In this document: in pieces, positions 1 through 12,066 of the stretch | Layout of the letters: the number at the start of each line of letters is the position of its first letter | How positions within the stretch are numbered: position 1 is the first letter of the stretch | NCBI GenBank assembly: GCA_965113315.1 | Contig: OZ220367.1 | From: Podarcis vaucheri | Lineage: Eukaryota | DNA: 64,000 nucleotides | Direction: 5' to 3' (one strand) | Translations under genes and position numbers: made by a program | The notes under the pieces: model-generated | The model's database searches: none | Told to the model about the DNA's origin: nothing | The model's input: only the letters and a program-made list of their open reading frames with translations

Positions 1-462
1 CAGGTCTGCCCTAGGCGATGGAGAGGGATATGTGATTCTTAAGAACTCTAAGCAGACATTGGAACTGTATATTTCTAGAGAGTAAAAAGAGTTTCTAGAG
101 AGGAGAAACAGAAAGATGCCTGAGCAATTAAGTTAGAGAGTTTTCATAATACTTGATTCAAAACATTCTAAAGAACCCAGCCTCTTTCAGCACATTTTGT
201 CTATTCACATTAACACACACATACGTAAGATGCAGCATATTTGCCAATGACTGACACTACTGTGCATTCAAAGCCTTTAGATGCTGTTTCCTTCACTTCG
301 AGGAAGATAAATCGCCACATCTCTTTGAAGACCCTAGGGGAAAGGATGATTAAGTGAATCAAAACATGTTTCATCATGTGGATTTGGCAGCTATGCTAGG
401 GTTATTCAGGGGCATCTAAAAGTAGCTTCAACCTCAGTAAAATTAAACACACACATACACAC

Positions 463-750
463 CAAAGGCCTATCTGGTCCAGCATTTACTGCACTGGCCA
501 ACTAGATACCTATGGGAAGACCACAAACAGCGCTGCAATATTCATAATTACTAGTAGCGGTTGATAACCATATTGCCCATGAATCGGTCTAATCCCCCAT
601 CTAAGTCCGTGGCAATTAGCATATATTGTGTTAGCAGATTCCATGTACTCCCATTTGTCTGTCCTAAACATCCCATCATTTGTTTACTTTGGATGATCCC
701 AGGTTCTAGAATTATGAGGGATGGAGAAAAACTTGTTGACTTTCTCTGCA
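463..750 (-). mobile_element. Old CR1-type LINE 3' remnant
   Basis: Degenerate match to the reverse complement of an amniote CR1 3' region (ccaaaggcctatctggtccagc ... catgaatcggtctaatccc ... agattcca); no ORF. Confidence 0.45.
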
Positions 751-1611
751 CAAGGTATATTTTTATGCATCACTGTGGGTCTGTGGGTGAGAAGCCAAAT
801 ATTTTGTTATGTACTATTGTGTTTTTATATGGTAAACCACCCTGTGATCCTTAGATGATGGGCGGTATAGAAATTTAATACATCAATAAATATAAATGAT
901 TCTATCCAGCAGACCGTACAGTATGTCTAGAACGTGACTGGTTAAAAAGCAAGAGAAAGTGGGAAAACCTTGGGTACCTTGGAAAGTTAAGTAAAGTGAG
1001 CAGCAACACCCTCCTGAAAATTCATCCTTCCCAACCCATACATTTTGGAGAGGGTTTCATTTCACTCCTATCCACCCAATGCAAAGTCAAAATACAATTT
1101 TCTGAAATTTTCATCACAGCTCTAAAACACAATCTGTCCACTGAGTTGAAAGGAGGCTATCCAACCAGGCTCTCTCTTGATAACGTAGGAGATGGGGGAA
1201 TAGTTTTAAAAGGTGGAGCAAAATGTATGACATTTGATTGTCATTCCAAAATAAATAAATCCAAACAGTTCTGCCCAAATGTCCCCATTATCAAGCTAGT
1301 TTCAATTTCTGTAATGGTGAAGATTTATTTAGCCACTAGCTGTAATGTTTTGGCTTTTTCCTTTTTATCTTTTACTGAGCACCTGAACAGTATGCCTGGA
1401 AAGCATGCTGGGTAATAACAGTATAACTTTCCAATGCAATTTTTAATACTTTGGTTGTTGACTGCATGCTTTCTATATTTTTCGCTAGTTAGCTAGTCTC
1501 ATCAGAGCCTGCCAGCACTCCTATGAACATTCTGTATTCTTGACCTTGATAAATAATTTTCTGTGATCTTTCCTGCAAGGCTATTCTAGATAAGTGATAA
1601 ATATATTGTGT

Positions 1612-1860
1612 GCCTCCTCCACGAAAAGTCTGGATAGTGGCAGCATAAGGATGGGCCTTTTATGCAGTGGCTCCCCGTTTGTGGGACGCTTCCCCAGGGG
1701 AGGTTCACCTGGTGCCTTCATTACATATCTTTAGGTGTCAGATGATAACTTCTCTCTATAAGAAGGCCTTTGGCTGATAGAACATTCTATGACCTTTTAA
1801 ATGTGTTTCTATGGCACAAGAGTTATTGACTTGTTTCTGTTTCTGTTTTATTATGTATTT
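1612..1860 (+). mobile_element. L2 LINE 3' remnant
   Basis: gggccttttatgcagtggctccccgtttgtgggacgcttcccc corresponds to the L2 C-terminal RAFSVVAP.LWN.LP motif, followed by a T-rich 3' UTR. Confidence 0.65.
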
Positions 1861-2784
1861 TGGGCCAGGATGCAGTTGAAGGCAACAGTCTCTTCCACTC
1901 TCTTTCAGCAACCACTTGATCAAAGCATCAGACGTGTTAGATTTGTTGCCAGAATTTCAGTGGTGATGTCACCACTCTGTGCCAAATGAACATCTGCCAT
2001 CAACTAAGCATGAAGAAAGAGAGAGAAGAAGAAGGAGAAGAAAATAGTAGCAGTTATGAGTGAAATGGTCATCAGGCCTACAGCCAAATATTGCCATTAG
2101 TCAAGAGTAGAAAAGGAGCAGATTCAATGGAAAACACTAAGTCCACATATGCAGCAAGCAAGCAGCAAGCCATTTTCATAGGCAGGAAAGTTTATCTATT
2201 GAGAAGCCTACCCCTTCCACACCCACACACCAGGCACCCCATTCCTCTGCTTTCCTCTTACAAAAGATCTCAGTACTTCCGGTGAAAGGTGCAGCTCAGT
2301 CCAGATAGTCAGCAGAAGGGGGTTGACAGGTAGAGTTGAGATGCTTCAGCTTGCTGGCAGGTGTGTTGCTGTTGCTTATTGGAAAGGAAAGTGAGCTAGG
2401 CAAGATGGTGGAGAGGTCAGCACAGTGCAAATACACCAGCAGGAATGCAGGATTAACTGTGCCACTGCATTTGCCCCACACCACTATCTTAACGTTCCTG
2501 CTCCTAGTAAGCAACAGTGTCCCACCTGCTGGAAAACTAAAGAAGTGATTCCAACCGACATGGCATTCTGTGTCTAGTAACCAATCCTGTTACCTGAAAG
2601 CTGGTAAATTGTAAAGGATCCAGCTGTAACCTGTCAGATTTCACACTCACCACATTCATCAATGGGAATATTCCATCTTGCCTCAGCTCTTCAAAGGCTA
2701 CCAGGTTCTGCTCCAAACAAGTGCGTTGTCTCACTTTGTCCTGGTTTTATCTATTGACCCTACCCAAAGTGGAAGGCAAGTGTT

Positions 2785-3960
2785 TTCATAGAATTGCAGA
2801 ACTGTAGAGATGGAAGACAGGAGTGCCTAGCATGCTCTGGTCTATGGGGTCACGAAGAGTTGGACATAACTAAATGACTAAACAACAGCAAGAGTTGGAA
2901 GGGACCTCAAGGGACATCTAATCCAAGCCCCTGTTTTGCAGGAGTCACAGCTAAAGAATTGCTGCCAGATTACCATCAAGTCTCTGTTTACAAACTTCCA
3001 ATGAAGGAGAGTTGGTCACCTTCTGAAGTAGTCCATTCCATGGTCAATCAGCATTTACCACCACATAGTTCTTCCTAATATTAGGTTGAAATCTCTGTAA
3101 ACCCATTGGTTTGGCCTCTGGAGCAGCAGAAAACAAGCTTGTATTATCTTCCACGTGCAGCCCTTTAGATGGTTGAAGATGGCTATCATAGCACCTGTCA
3201 GTCTTCTCTTCTTCAGGCTAAACATACATAATTCACTCAACTGTTTCTCATAAGGCCTTGGTTTCCAGAGCCTTTAACATCTTGATCACACTCTTCTACA
3301 CATGTTCCAGTTTGTCAACATCCTTCTTAATTTGTGGTGCCCAGAACTGGGCACAGCACTCCAGGTGGGGTCGAACCAGGGCAAAATAGAGTGGTACCAT
3401 TACTTCCCTTGATCAGCACACTTTCTGTTAATGCAGCCTAGAATAGCATTAGCTTTTTTTTTGCTGATGCATCACTCTGTTGACTCATGTTAAGCTTGTG
3501 GTCTACTAAGACCCCTAGATCCTTTTCACATCTCCCAGTGGCAAGCCAGGTTTCCCGCATCTTATATTTGTGCAGCTGGTTCTTCCTGTCTAAGTGCAGA
3601 ACCTTATATTTGTCCTATTGAAATTCCTTATTTATTTATTTTCTTTTAGTTTTGGCTCATTTTTCCAATCTGTTAAGGTCATCTTGAATCCTGATTCTAT
3701 CTTCAGAGGTATTAGCCACCCTTCTTAGTTTGATGTCATCTGCAGATTTGATGAACAACCCACCAATCTTTAGCCAAATCATTTATAAAGTTGTTGAACA
3801 ACACCGGGCCCACAACAAAGGCCTGCAGAATCCTGCTTGTCTCTTTTCCAGGAACTATTGGTGAGCATTATTTGGGCTCAGTCAGTCAACCAGTTTCAAA
3901 TCCACCTAACATGCCACATTTTGCCACCTTCTCCACAATGATATCACGGGAGATTTTCCA
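2785..3960 (-). mobile_element. CR1 LINE, 3' about 1.1 kb, degraded
   Basis: Starts with the CR1 tail (tcatagaat). ORF 3055-3240 gives [21 protein letters not shown] (CR1 FSLEKRRLRGDMI..FKYLKG). Further RT-like sequence includes catctgcagatttg (ADD region). Confidence 0.85.
2817..2890 (+). mobile_element. RTE-BovB extreme 3' tail nested in CR1
   Basis: ggagtgcctagcatgctctggtctatggggtcacgaagagttggacataactaaatgactaaacaac. Flanked by TSD agagatggaag (2806-2816) / agagttggaag (2891-2901). Confidence 0.85.
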
Positions 3961-4705
3961 AACTCAAAACTCTGGGACAGCCCTTATCCAGTCATCTCCT
4001 GGTTCTTAGGCCAGTCTATGTCAGAAGCCTAGGATTCCATTTCTTTAGCCCAAAGAACTGGAACAAACCTCACAAGTAAGGTTTCTTAGTCACTAACTGT
4101 GTGAGTCAAGACCACACGCATCATGAGAGAAAGTTTGCAGGATGAAGTGCATAAAAAAGTAAGACAGACTAGCTTATGAGGTGTCTTTGAACATTTCAAA
4201 TGTTATCTGCACTTTGAAGAGTTTGTGATATTTAAAAAATGCAGGCATAAGAGAGTCTAGTAATCATCAAGACAGAGAAAACATGATCAAAATTCCTTTT
4301 TTACATCACCCAAAGTGAGAACAAAGAGATCATTCACCTCTGAACAATATAGTATAACAAATAGTTTGCAAATATAAATGTAATAAAAGCACTGAAAATT
4401 CCTCTTGTTAGCAACGGTCCCGAGAAGCAATGTTATAAGTATAAATGCTAATATAATCAGAGCTGAGGCCTAACTTCCCTTGTTTCGAGGTGAGGAGTTG
4501 CATTCTCAGTTATTGTTGCCTCCCTATAGTGACATATGGCATAGCCTACTCTGATTTGTTATGCAGAATTGTGAAGGCATGCTGCTCACTTCATGGCATG
4601 CATGACAACTCCTGGGGGCCAAGGTTCTTTGGGGTCCCCTGAACATTTTTTTGAAGATGGCACCTCTGCTTCATGGCTGGGTGGAATATCTTTGATGACT
4701 AATCC

Positions 4706-4760
4706 AGGAAGGAAGGAAGGAAGGAAGGAAGGAAGGAAGGAAGGAAGGAAGGAAGGAAGG
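4706..4760 (+). repeat. (GGAA)n microsatellite
   Basis: Direct tandem repeat. Confidence 0.98.
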
Positions 4761-4929
4761 AGAGATACATAATGAAAATAGAGTCAAAGCAACAGCAACA
4801 ATGACAAGGAGCACTTTTCTTATCCTGCAGACATTTTAGCTTAAAATACTACACGCATTTCTTGGCCCTTTGGCGATTCTGAAGTATTCTTTTCCTCAAT
4901 CCTATATCCAGCTGACAACAAAAGATAAC

Positions 4930-5055
4930 AGTTCATGCATCCAATGAAATAGGTTTTAGTTCATGAAACTTACACCATATGTAATATTTAAGATTCCACT
5001 CAAGTCCTTGTTGTTGTTGTTGCTGCAACTGAATAACTTGGTTATCTTTTTGAAA
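4930..5055 (+). mobile_element. Penelope-like element terminal remnant
   Basis: catgcatccaatgaaatagg...catgaaacttac...gctgcaactgaataac resembles reptile Penelope pseudo-LTR ends and the two copies at 5.35-5.66 kb. Confidence 0.55.
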
Positions 5056-5344
5056 GTGGCACGAAAGAGGACTGATTAGAAACAAAGAAAAAGATGGCTG
5101 TTAGTACAATTAATGGATTGTTTCTAACTCAATCATTCTCAGAGTAGATTAATTGAAATCAGTGGGCTTGACTGACTTGGTCAAAATCAATCTACTCAGA
5201 GTATGAATTATTTGCACTTTGGAGAGGAAAATATCCATTAAAGACACTACTTTTAAAAAATATGCATTTGTGAACTTTAAAAATAATAATCTGAGGGATA
5301 GCAGAGTTAGTTTTCTGCAGCAAAAATAATCCAAGTTTCTTAGC

Positions 5345-5665
5345 ACATCTTAATGACTATCAAAATTATTATGGCAGCTGCTTTCATGGGCTAAAACTCA
5401 CTGTCAGATGGATGATGTAAAATCTTTATAGGTATATAAAGGTGCCTATTTAAGACATACCGGTATTTAAGTTGTAGTTATCACTGACTGTAATTTTTGC
5501 ATTTAATTGCCATTTTACTCCCATCTTACAATTATCTCCTTTACATACCTGCCAATTGATATTTAACTTCATGCATCTGATGAAGTGTTTTGAGTCCATG
5601 AAAGTGATTGCCATGATCAATTTGTTAGTCTTTGAGGTGACAGAATGCTGCGGCTGCTACTTTTA
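5345..5665. mobile_element. Inverted pair of Penelope-like terminal repeats, with a hammerhead-like core in the plus copy
   Basis: The reverse complement of 5351-5415 aligns with 5568-5633. The plus copy has CTGATGA (5577-5583) and GAAA (5600-5603). Confidence 0.65.
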
Positions 5666-6802
5666 CTACTAATATAATTATTATTTAGATATCATTCACC
5701 TTAAGATTACAAAGTGGTTTACAACACTTAAACACCATGCTAAAATGGTTTAAAACAATGTACAATCATAAAAATAAGATTGGACCTAAGCATCTACATC
5801 TCAGGTATTAATAACCAGACTAGACTCTCTTTTTTCAAAAAAAGAAAAAGACCGCACGACTCTTAAAAATACATATAAAATAACAACTGTTGATTATGAT
5901 GTCCTATGGCCCACCCTAAGACCCCTGGGAGAAAGTCAAGATGCAATTTAATAGCTAAATAAAATTAAACCATACATTTTCTCAAGAAAATGAAACTGCC
6001 TAATACTTGATGCAACTCTAGTCATAATATATTACTAAAGTCATCGATCGCAAAAGAGCATAAGACATACATTTTCCATTATTCATTGCAGATGTTTCTA
6101 ATGTCTCTAACTACGTTTAAATGATGCATTTAAGGACAGCAGAGCAGTCTGCCCAAAGCTTGAAAGCGTTTCTTCTGCTTGATGAGTTCTAAACCTAAGA
6201 TCAAATGTCAGCATCTCTAGAAATGCAGTAATTAGGAGCTCCCGTTAATTCCTGCTCTTTTAAAATAAAATAAAAGCCCAGTTGCTAAGGTACAAATTGA
6301 GTTAGGAAAATTCAGAGAATTTGGATTTCCCATTTACTCTGAATATCTCTCTCTATATATAAATAACCCCAGAAGAATCATACATTGTGTGTGAGCTAGG
6401 CCTCACCAATAAAAATAACTTACTTGAAAACTGTATTTGAAAAATAAATGAACGAATAGTTCACCTGCTTTTTACAGCACGGATAACTTGAAGGCTGCAA
6501 CCCCGTGTATACTTATCTGGCAATAAGCCCAATCTAACATAGTGTGATTTACCTTCAAGAAAACATGTACAGACTTGCATTCTAAGAGGTTGCCAGCAGG
6601 CAAATATTAAGTGGCAGAGATGAGCAGAAGCTCAATTGGTAGACCTCTTGCTGATTTGCAATAGATCAGCAAGGAGTTCTGATTCCCAATAGTTTAATAT
6701 AAGCAAGTAAAAAAACAAAAAACTTTCATACAGCTTGCCTTGGTGCTAATCACTTTTTTCTCATTCTTGGTGTTCCTTGTTAATTGGTTGCCTTTAACAA
6801 GG

Positions 6803-7807
6803 CAGTGCTTTTTTTTCCTTTAAAAAAAATTTTAGGGGTACTGTCAGAGCTGCCCAAGGTCCCAGCTCACAAAGGACCAATGCCAGTTCGTTGTTACATA
6901 CAAAAGTCTTTATTGAAGTTCAGTTTCGCTTCCACAGCTGCAGCGTGCAGCTCTACGTCTGAAACTCTAGACCGCCGAAGCTCCGTCTGAATCTCCTCCC
7001 CCCAGACACCAGTTTAAGACTCTAGCCTTGCTCCACCTCTTCCTTTGCTCTTTCCTCCTCTGGCTCCGCCTGTCAGCTGGGGTCTCCCCCTTCCTAGACT
7101 CTTCTGACGCTGAGTCCCCTGAGTCTTCCCCCTGCCTCCGGCGGGCTTTAGGACCTGGTTCCCAATCCGGGTTTTCTGCTGTCCCACGCGCCTGTACATT
7201 CGAACTTGGCGCGCGCGCCCAGCCGGCAACCTTCATCCTGACCGTTACACTGCTCCTGTCACTGCTTCCCCCTTCGGGGAGGCTAGCTGGACCTGACCTC
7301 CCCTCCGTTCCCCCACTCTCCGATAGAGGCGTGGTCAGCCCTGACTCATCTTCTTCCCCTGCTGGAGGAGACGCTTGCCCTGACACATGGGACTCTTCCC
7401 CCCCACTACGCTCTGGTGGGGAAGCTGGTCCTGATCTCCCGCTGCTGCTTTGGGAGTCCCCGCTGGCCCCTTGTTTCTGGTGTGTCTCCCCGGGACCCCC
7501 CTTGCCCTGACCATCGGCGCCTCCTTCTGGGAATCTTCTGATTCGCTGGAGAAGCTCATGGAATCTCTCGGGCCACTGTCATACTCCCCTACGCTGCCCT
7601 CAGATTCTTCCCCTTCGCTCTCCATTTCCTCTCTCCCCTGTACCTCTGTTCCTGAGCCCCTGACAGGTACTCTCATTTTTACTCAAGAAAATCACCATTT
7701 TATACTTCAAATCAGGAAAAATAAATACAGTAAATGGACAAAAGTACAAAGATTGACAAAATGTTTAGGGGTATGCGAATCCCTGTGTACCCCCAGAAAA
7801 AGCACTG
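6803..7807. mobile_element. Non-autonomous hAT DNA transposon (MITE) interrupted by a solo LTR
   Basis: TIR cagtgcttttt / aaaaagcactg; 8-bp TSD taacaagg (6795-6802) / taacgagg (7808-7815). Confidence 0.85.
6842..7665 (-). mobile_element. Solo LTR (probably Gypsy-type), 824 bp
   Basis: TGTCAG...CTGACA termini, perfect 5-bp TSD ggtac (6837-6841 / 7666-7670), AATAAA on the minus strand near 6909-6914. CpG-rich, so probably young. Confidence 0.85.
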
Positions 7808-8130
7808 TAACGAGGTCCTTGTGCAGTTCTGGAATAGGCAGTTTTAGAATTTTCATTAGAATCCCTGACCTGTAGTTACTACAGAAGCAAAGATTTTAAC
7901 ACAATTTGTGTGTTGTGCTTAGATAGACAGGTAATCCAATTATATGGCTGAAGGAGTATAGAAACTGATTGGCACTGCCCCCAGAGACACAATTTTCACT
8001 CAGTTTCGGCTAGGGGACCAAGTGCACAGTAATCAAGCAGATCCCTTGAGCCTGAAGTCTGCCTGATCCTGTAGTAGCACTAAGAAATTTGGAGCGTGTC
8101 CAGAGATACATATACAACTCAGCTTCGACA

Positions 8131-8600
8131 TCTCTTCTCTTTGGCGATCACTCGTAGCCGAGTAAGATTGTCTTCCATAAACACAGTTTTAACAGTGAGT
8201 CCGTAAGTGACTGTGCAAGCCAATTCTGGATCCACACGCCTTTCCACAGGGGGTACATAGGTTTCTGAGTGGGAGTTGATGATGGTGAGGGTTTGCCAAG
8301 CGCACCTTCCTCTTAGCGCATTTCTCCCTTTCGTCCTGAGTTCGAGCGTCTTCAAAGCCCGTAACACCTTTGGTAAAGGCTGTTCTCCAATTGCAGCCCT
8401 CGCAGGCAAGTGTTTCCCAATTATTGGTGTTTATACTACATTTTTAAAAATTTGCCTTAAGACAGTCTTTAAACCTCTTTTGTTGACCACCTGCATTACG
8501 TTTTCCATTTTTAAGTTTGGAATAGAGTAGTTGCTTTGGAAGACAATAATCAGGCATCCGCACAACATGACCAGCCCAAGGAAGTTGATGTTCAACATAA
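8131..8600 (-). mobile_element. RTE-clade LINE (non-BovB) 3' fragment
   Basis: The minus strand encodes WAGHVVRMPDY.LPKQLLYS and ends in CTPCGKACGSRIGLHSHLRTHC*, a typical RTE C-terminus. Confidence 0.85.
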
Positions 8601-9399
8601 TTCGTATATTGCATACCTTAAATTTCTCCCAATGCACCCAAACATGTATCAATTCCTCTCCTATTTGGAGTTCATGTGGCAACACCTTTTATTTATAACT
8701 TAAGTTTCCTTCCTTCCTTTGTTCCTCAACCCCATAGCACAAAACCAAGGCAATATTACTCATTCCTTCTTCAAATTGTTCTTGTGGATTCTTCAGCTCA
8801 TCAACAACTTCCGTAAGCACATTTCTGTTCTTATTTAGCATGACCCCAGCCAGGTCCTAAGAGACTGAGCTTCCTGTTACTTATTAATTACTTGCTGTTG
8901 CTACTTGTCACAATAATGTTACTTGTCCTAAGAGAGGCGGCTTTGTGCTGACTGTACACTTTGGTTCCATCCTCCCCCATCTGCAATAACATTCCCTGTG
9001 ATGTCCTCCCTAATCAGCAGAAACATGTTCAAGTCATAGTGATATATTTCAAAGCTGTGCATTCATTCCTCTTCTATGTGTGGGCCTGGCCTGGCAAATT
9101 AAAGTGTTGTCTTTGATAATAATTTTTGCTCTAGGCAAAATGGCTTTATTTGGGTGTCGATCAACTCACTGCTCTGCTTGCTGCAGATCATGTCATTTGA
9201 CAACCTGTTTTACACGCTCTATCCTAAGAGCTCATGCACTACTAGGCCTCAAACAAAAAGGGTCCCAGGCCCCAGTTACTAGAGACCAAAAACAAATGAA
9301 TACAAGAAGGGGAAACACCCTCTCCTTATTCCTATGTTTTAAAACACACAACAGGGACTTTCTAACAAATTGTGTCCTCCATCATGGAGAGCACATGTT

Positions 9400-9880
9400 G
9401 CAGTGAGATCACCTAAACTGCCTCCCTGTTGTGGAGCGGGGCCATTTGGATAGCCACAACACCCCATTGGTTGCCCCTCAGTTGCTGGGACAGAAATTTG
9501 GCCTGTTGGGTCATCTATTGGCTACCAAGGGGCTATTTAAGCTGCTGCAAGTTGCTGGGAGCTTTCTCTTTCATGCAATGTACATCAGATCACCTGCCCT
9601 CCCACCCTATATTTAGGGCTGTTCTTTGGCCTTGCTATGCCTGTCTAGGGGTTGTCTGTTTTGGAGCAGGGACCCGGTAGGAATTTTGCCATTTGGCTGA
9701 TTGGCTGTCGCCATTTGGTTTTTGGCTACCGTGTAGCAAATCGTCACAACTTTGTAAGGTTGGCAGTTAGGCATTGGTTCAATGTTGCAGAGGGGAAGTA
9801 GTTGGCTGTGCCTGCCCCTCCATTGCTGTTGCTAGGGAATTCCATTTAAGGAATCCAGGGACTTGCTAATTGCTAATCCA
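9400..9880 (+). mobile_element. LTR-like retroelement repeat, copy A (3'-truncated; possibly DIRS/Ngaro-type)
   Basis: TATA-like ggggctatttaag near 9530. Shares the core ggtaggaattttgcc...ggtttttggctacc..tagcaaatcgtcacaacttt...ttaggcattgg with copies B-D. Family assignment is inference. Confidence 0.6.
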
Positions 9881-11261
9881 GGGATTATGCTAATTGTCCA
9901 CAAATTGCTGCAAAAAAGGTAAAGTACTGAATTTAAGATTGGAAAAATCAGAAACCAAGAGAACCAAAGTTTACAGATCCTTCCATCCCTATCTTTCAGT
10001 GCATTTCTCCCATTTGGCCTTTCAGCAACTGCAAAATGTTTGATGGTAATGAAAACTCTATGCCTAACTCTAATTGGGTAAACCTATGCCTCCTGGGTGT
10101 TCTTTGCAACTTTGAAACTCATGCTTCTTCTGTGACTAATCCTTCATGATGGAGAAGTTGCACAGAAGGCAAAACAATAAACCCATCTCGTGCATGAGGC
10201 CTGCCAAAAACAATTACATCAACAGTGTGTTAGTTCCACAGCAGGTATGACATCCATAGCAGGTATTTACTCTAAGGGAGTGTCTTAATTAATGACTTCT
10301 GAAGCCAAGACTAGTATCATACTCCAAACTAAGGTTGCAAACCAGGATCACAACCATGGTTTGGTATTTTCATTCAAACCCTGGTTTGGATGCAGTAGCA
10401 AGTTATTGTTTGATCAAAGCATTCTATTTATATTAGCAGAACAAGACTTTCTTTTAACCAGGAGAATGAAAGGATGTGGGGAGGGGAGGGAAGAGGGCAC
10501 AGGGAACACATAAGGACAGAGCTTGTTCATGAGCATGAAATTTCCATGCCTATGATTCATTATTAGTTTGTTCTTGGATAAGAAAGATGGCAGGCACTGG
10601 AGCAGATTCACTGAGAATCCCTCCACAAGTTAACTTTTTCCAGACATAGAGATTAATCTCTTTTCTCTCCTTCCCCATCCATGAACTGAAGAAGTGGATT
10701 GTTCTAACTTGACTATGTAGCTTCTTTGCTTAAGCAAATGGTATGGAACCATTTTTTGTTTAGGCGAGAGAGAGAAATCAGATACCCTTCTGCAGGCCTC
10801 TTTTGACAGGTGGACAAGTCCACTACCCTTTCAGTCACTTGGCTTCATGCAACATCAAGTGATTTCAAGCTCACCATAAACCAGCAGGGCTTCCATTCTG
10901 TTCTGAATTTAAACAATGCCAAATGCAAGTCCCATTGCCTTGGAGAAATTGGGCAGGCATTATAAGCCACACACTCCCAATTCTTCCTTGGCAATGGGAG
11001 TTGAATTCAATGCTCTTTAGATTCAGCAGCAAATGTGAAAGCCCCACTGCTGTCTGCAGCGATTGCACCACTCAGTAGCACCAGAGCTGAACCTCTTGCA
11101 GCCAAACTTGTCTTCAGCACCAGATTTATACAGTGCCAAGCCCCACTGCAAAGGAATGATTGGGTGTGCACTTGCATGTTACTGATTTTTCATTGGCAGC
11201 CATGGCTTTACCTGGCCCACACTTGATGTCACATGACATCAGGTGAATGGCAAACAGACAT

Positions 11262-11793
11262 TTTGTTGTTGTTGTTTAGTCATTTAGTCGTTTAGTCGTG
11301 TCTGACTCTTCGTGACCCCATGGACCAGAGCACACCAGGCACTTCTGTCATCCACTGCCTCCCGCAGTTTAGTCAAACTCATGCTGGTACCTTCAAAAAC
11401 ACTATCCAACTATCTCATCCTCTCGTCCTTCACGATCTGTCCTTCCAGTGAGCACTCAGGGCTGATTTCCTTCAGAATGGAGAGGTTTGATCTTCTTGCA
11501 GTCCATGGGACTCTCAAGAGTCTCCTCCAGCACCATAATTCAAAAGCATCAATTCTTCGGCGATCAGCCTTCTTTATGGTCCAGCTCTCACTTCCATACA
11601 TCACTACTGGGAAAACCATAGCTTTAACTATACGGACCTTTGTTGGCAAGGTGATGTCTCTGCTTTTTAAGATTCTGTCTAGGTTTGTCATTGCTTTTCT
11701 CCCAAGAAGCAGGCATCTTTTAATTTCTTGGCTGCTGTCACCATCTGCAGTGATCTAAAAGAAATGGAGTGGCCCTCATAGTCAACAAAAGAG
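11262..11793 (-). mobile_element. RTE-BovB, 5'-truncated, with internal deletion and 5' inversion
   Basis: ORF 11410-11691 is the BovB RT C-terminus (TLPTKVRIVKAMVFPVVMYGSESWTIKK). (caa)n tail; 14-bp TSD tggcaaacagacat (11248-11261 / 11794-11807). Confidence 0.92.
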
Positions 11794-11979
11794 TGGCAAA
11801 CAGACATAGCCTGCCAAAAATGGTCAAACTGGCCAGCCTAGTGAGCCTAATTTGGCTCACAGCCTGAGGGTTCCCCAACCAAGGATTAAGGCCTTAGAGC
11901 AGATCATCTTACTCACCACAGTCACTCACATTTATGAGAAATGAATAAATTAATCCACATTTCTGTGATTAAAAAAAAG

Positions 11980-12066
11980 CTTGCCTACCTTATTAGGCTG
12001 TTGCAAGGGCTTCTGAGATGTATTATGGAAGCCCAGTCAACACTTAAAAGTGCTGTATAAGCACTT
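11980..12066 (+). mobile_element. CORE/MIR-like SINE 3' remnant
   Basis: cctaccttattaggctgttgcaagg...gagatgtattatggaagc...cacttaaaagtgctgtataa. Confidence 0.5.
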
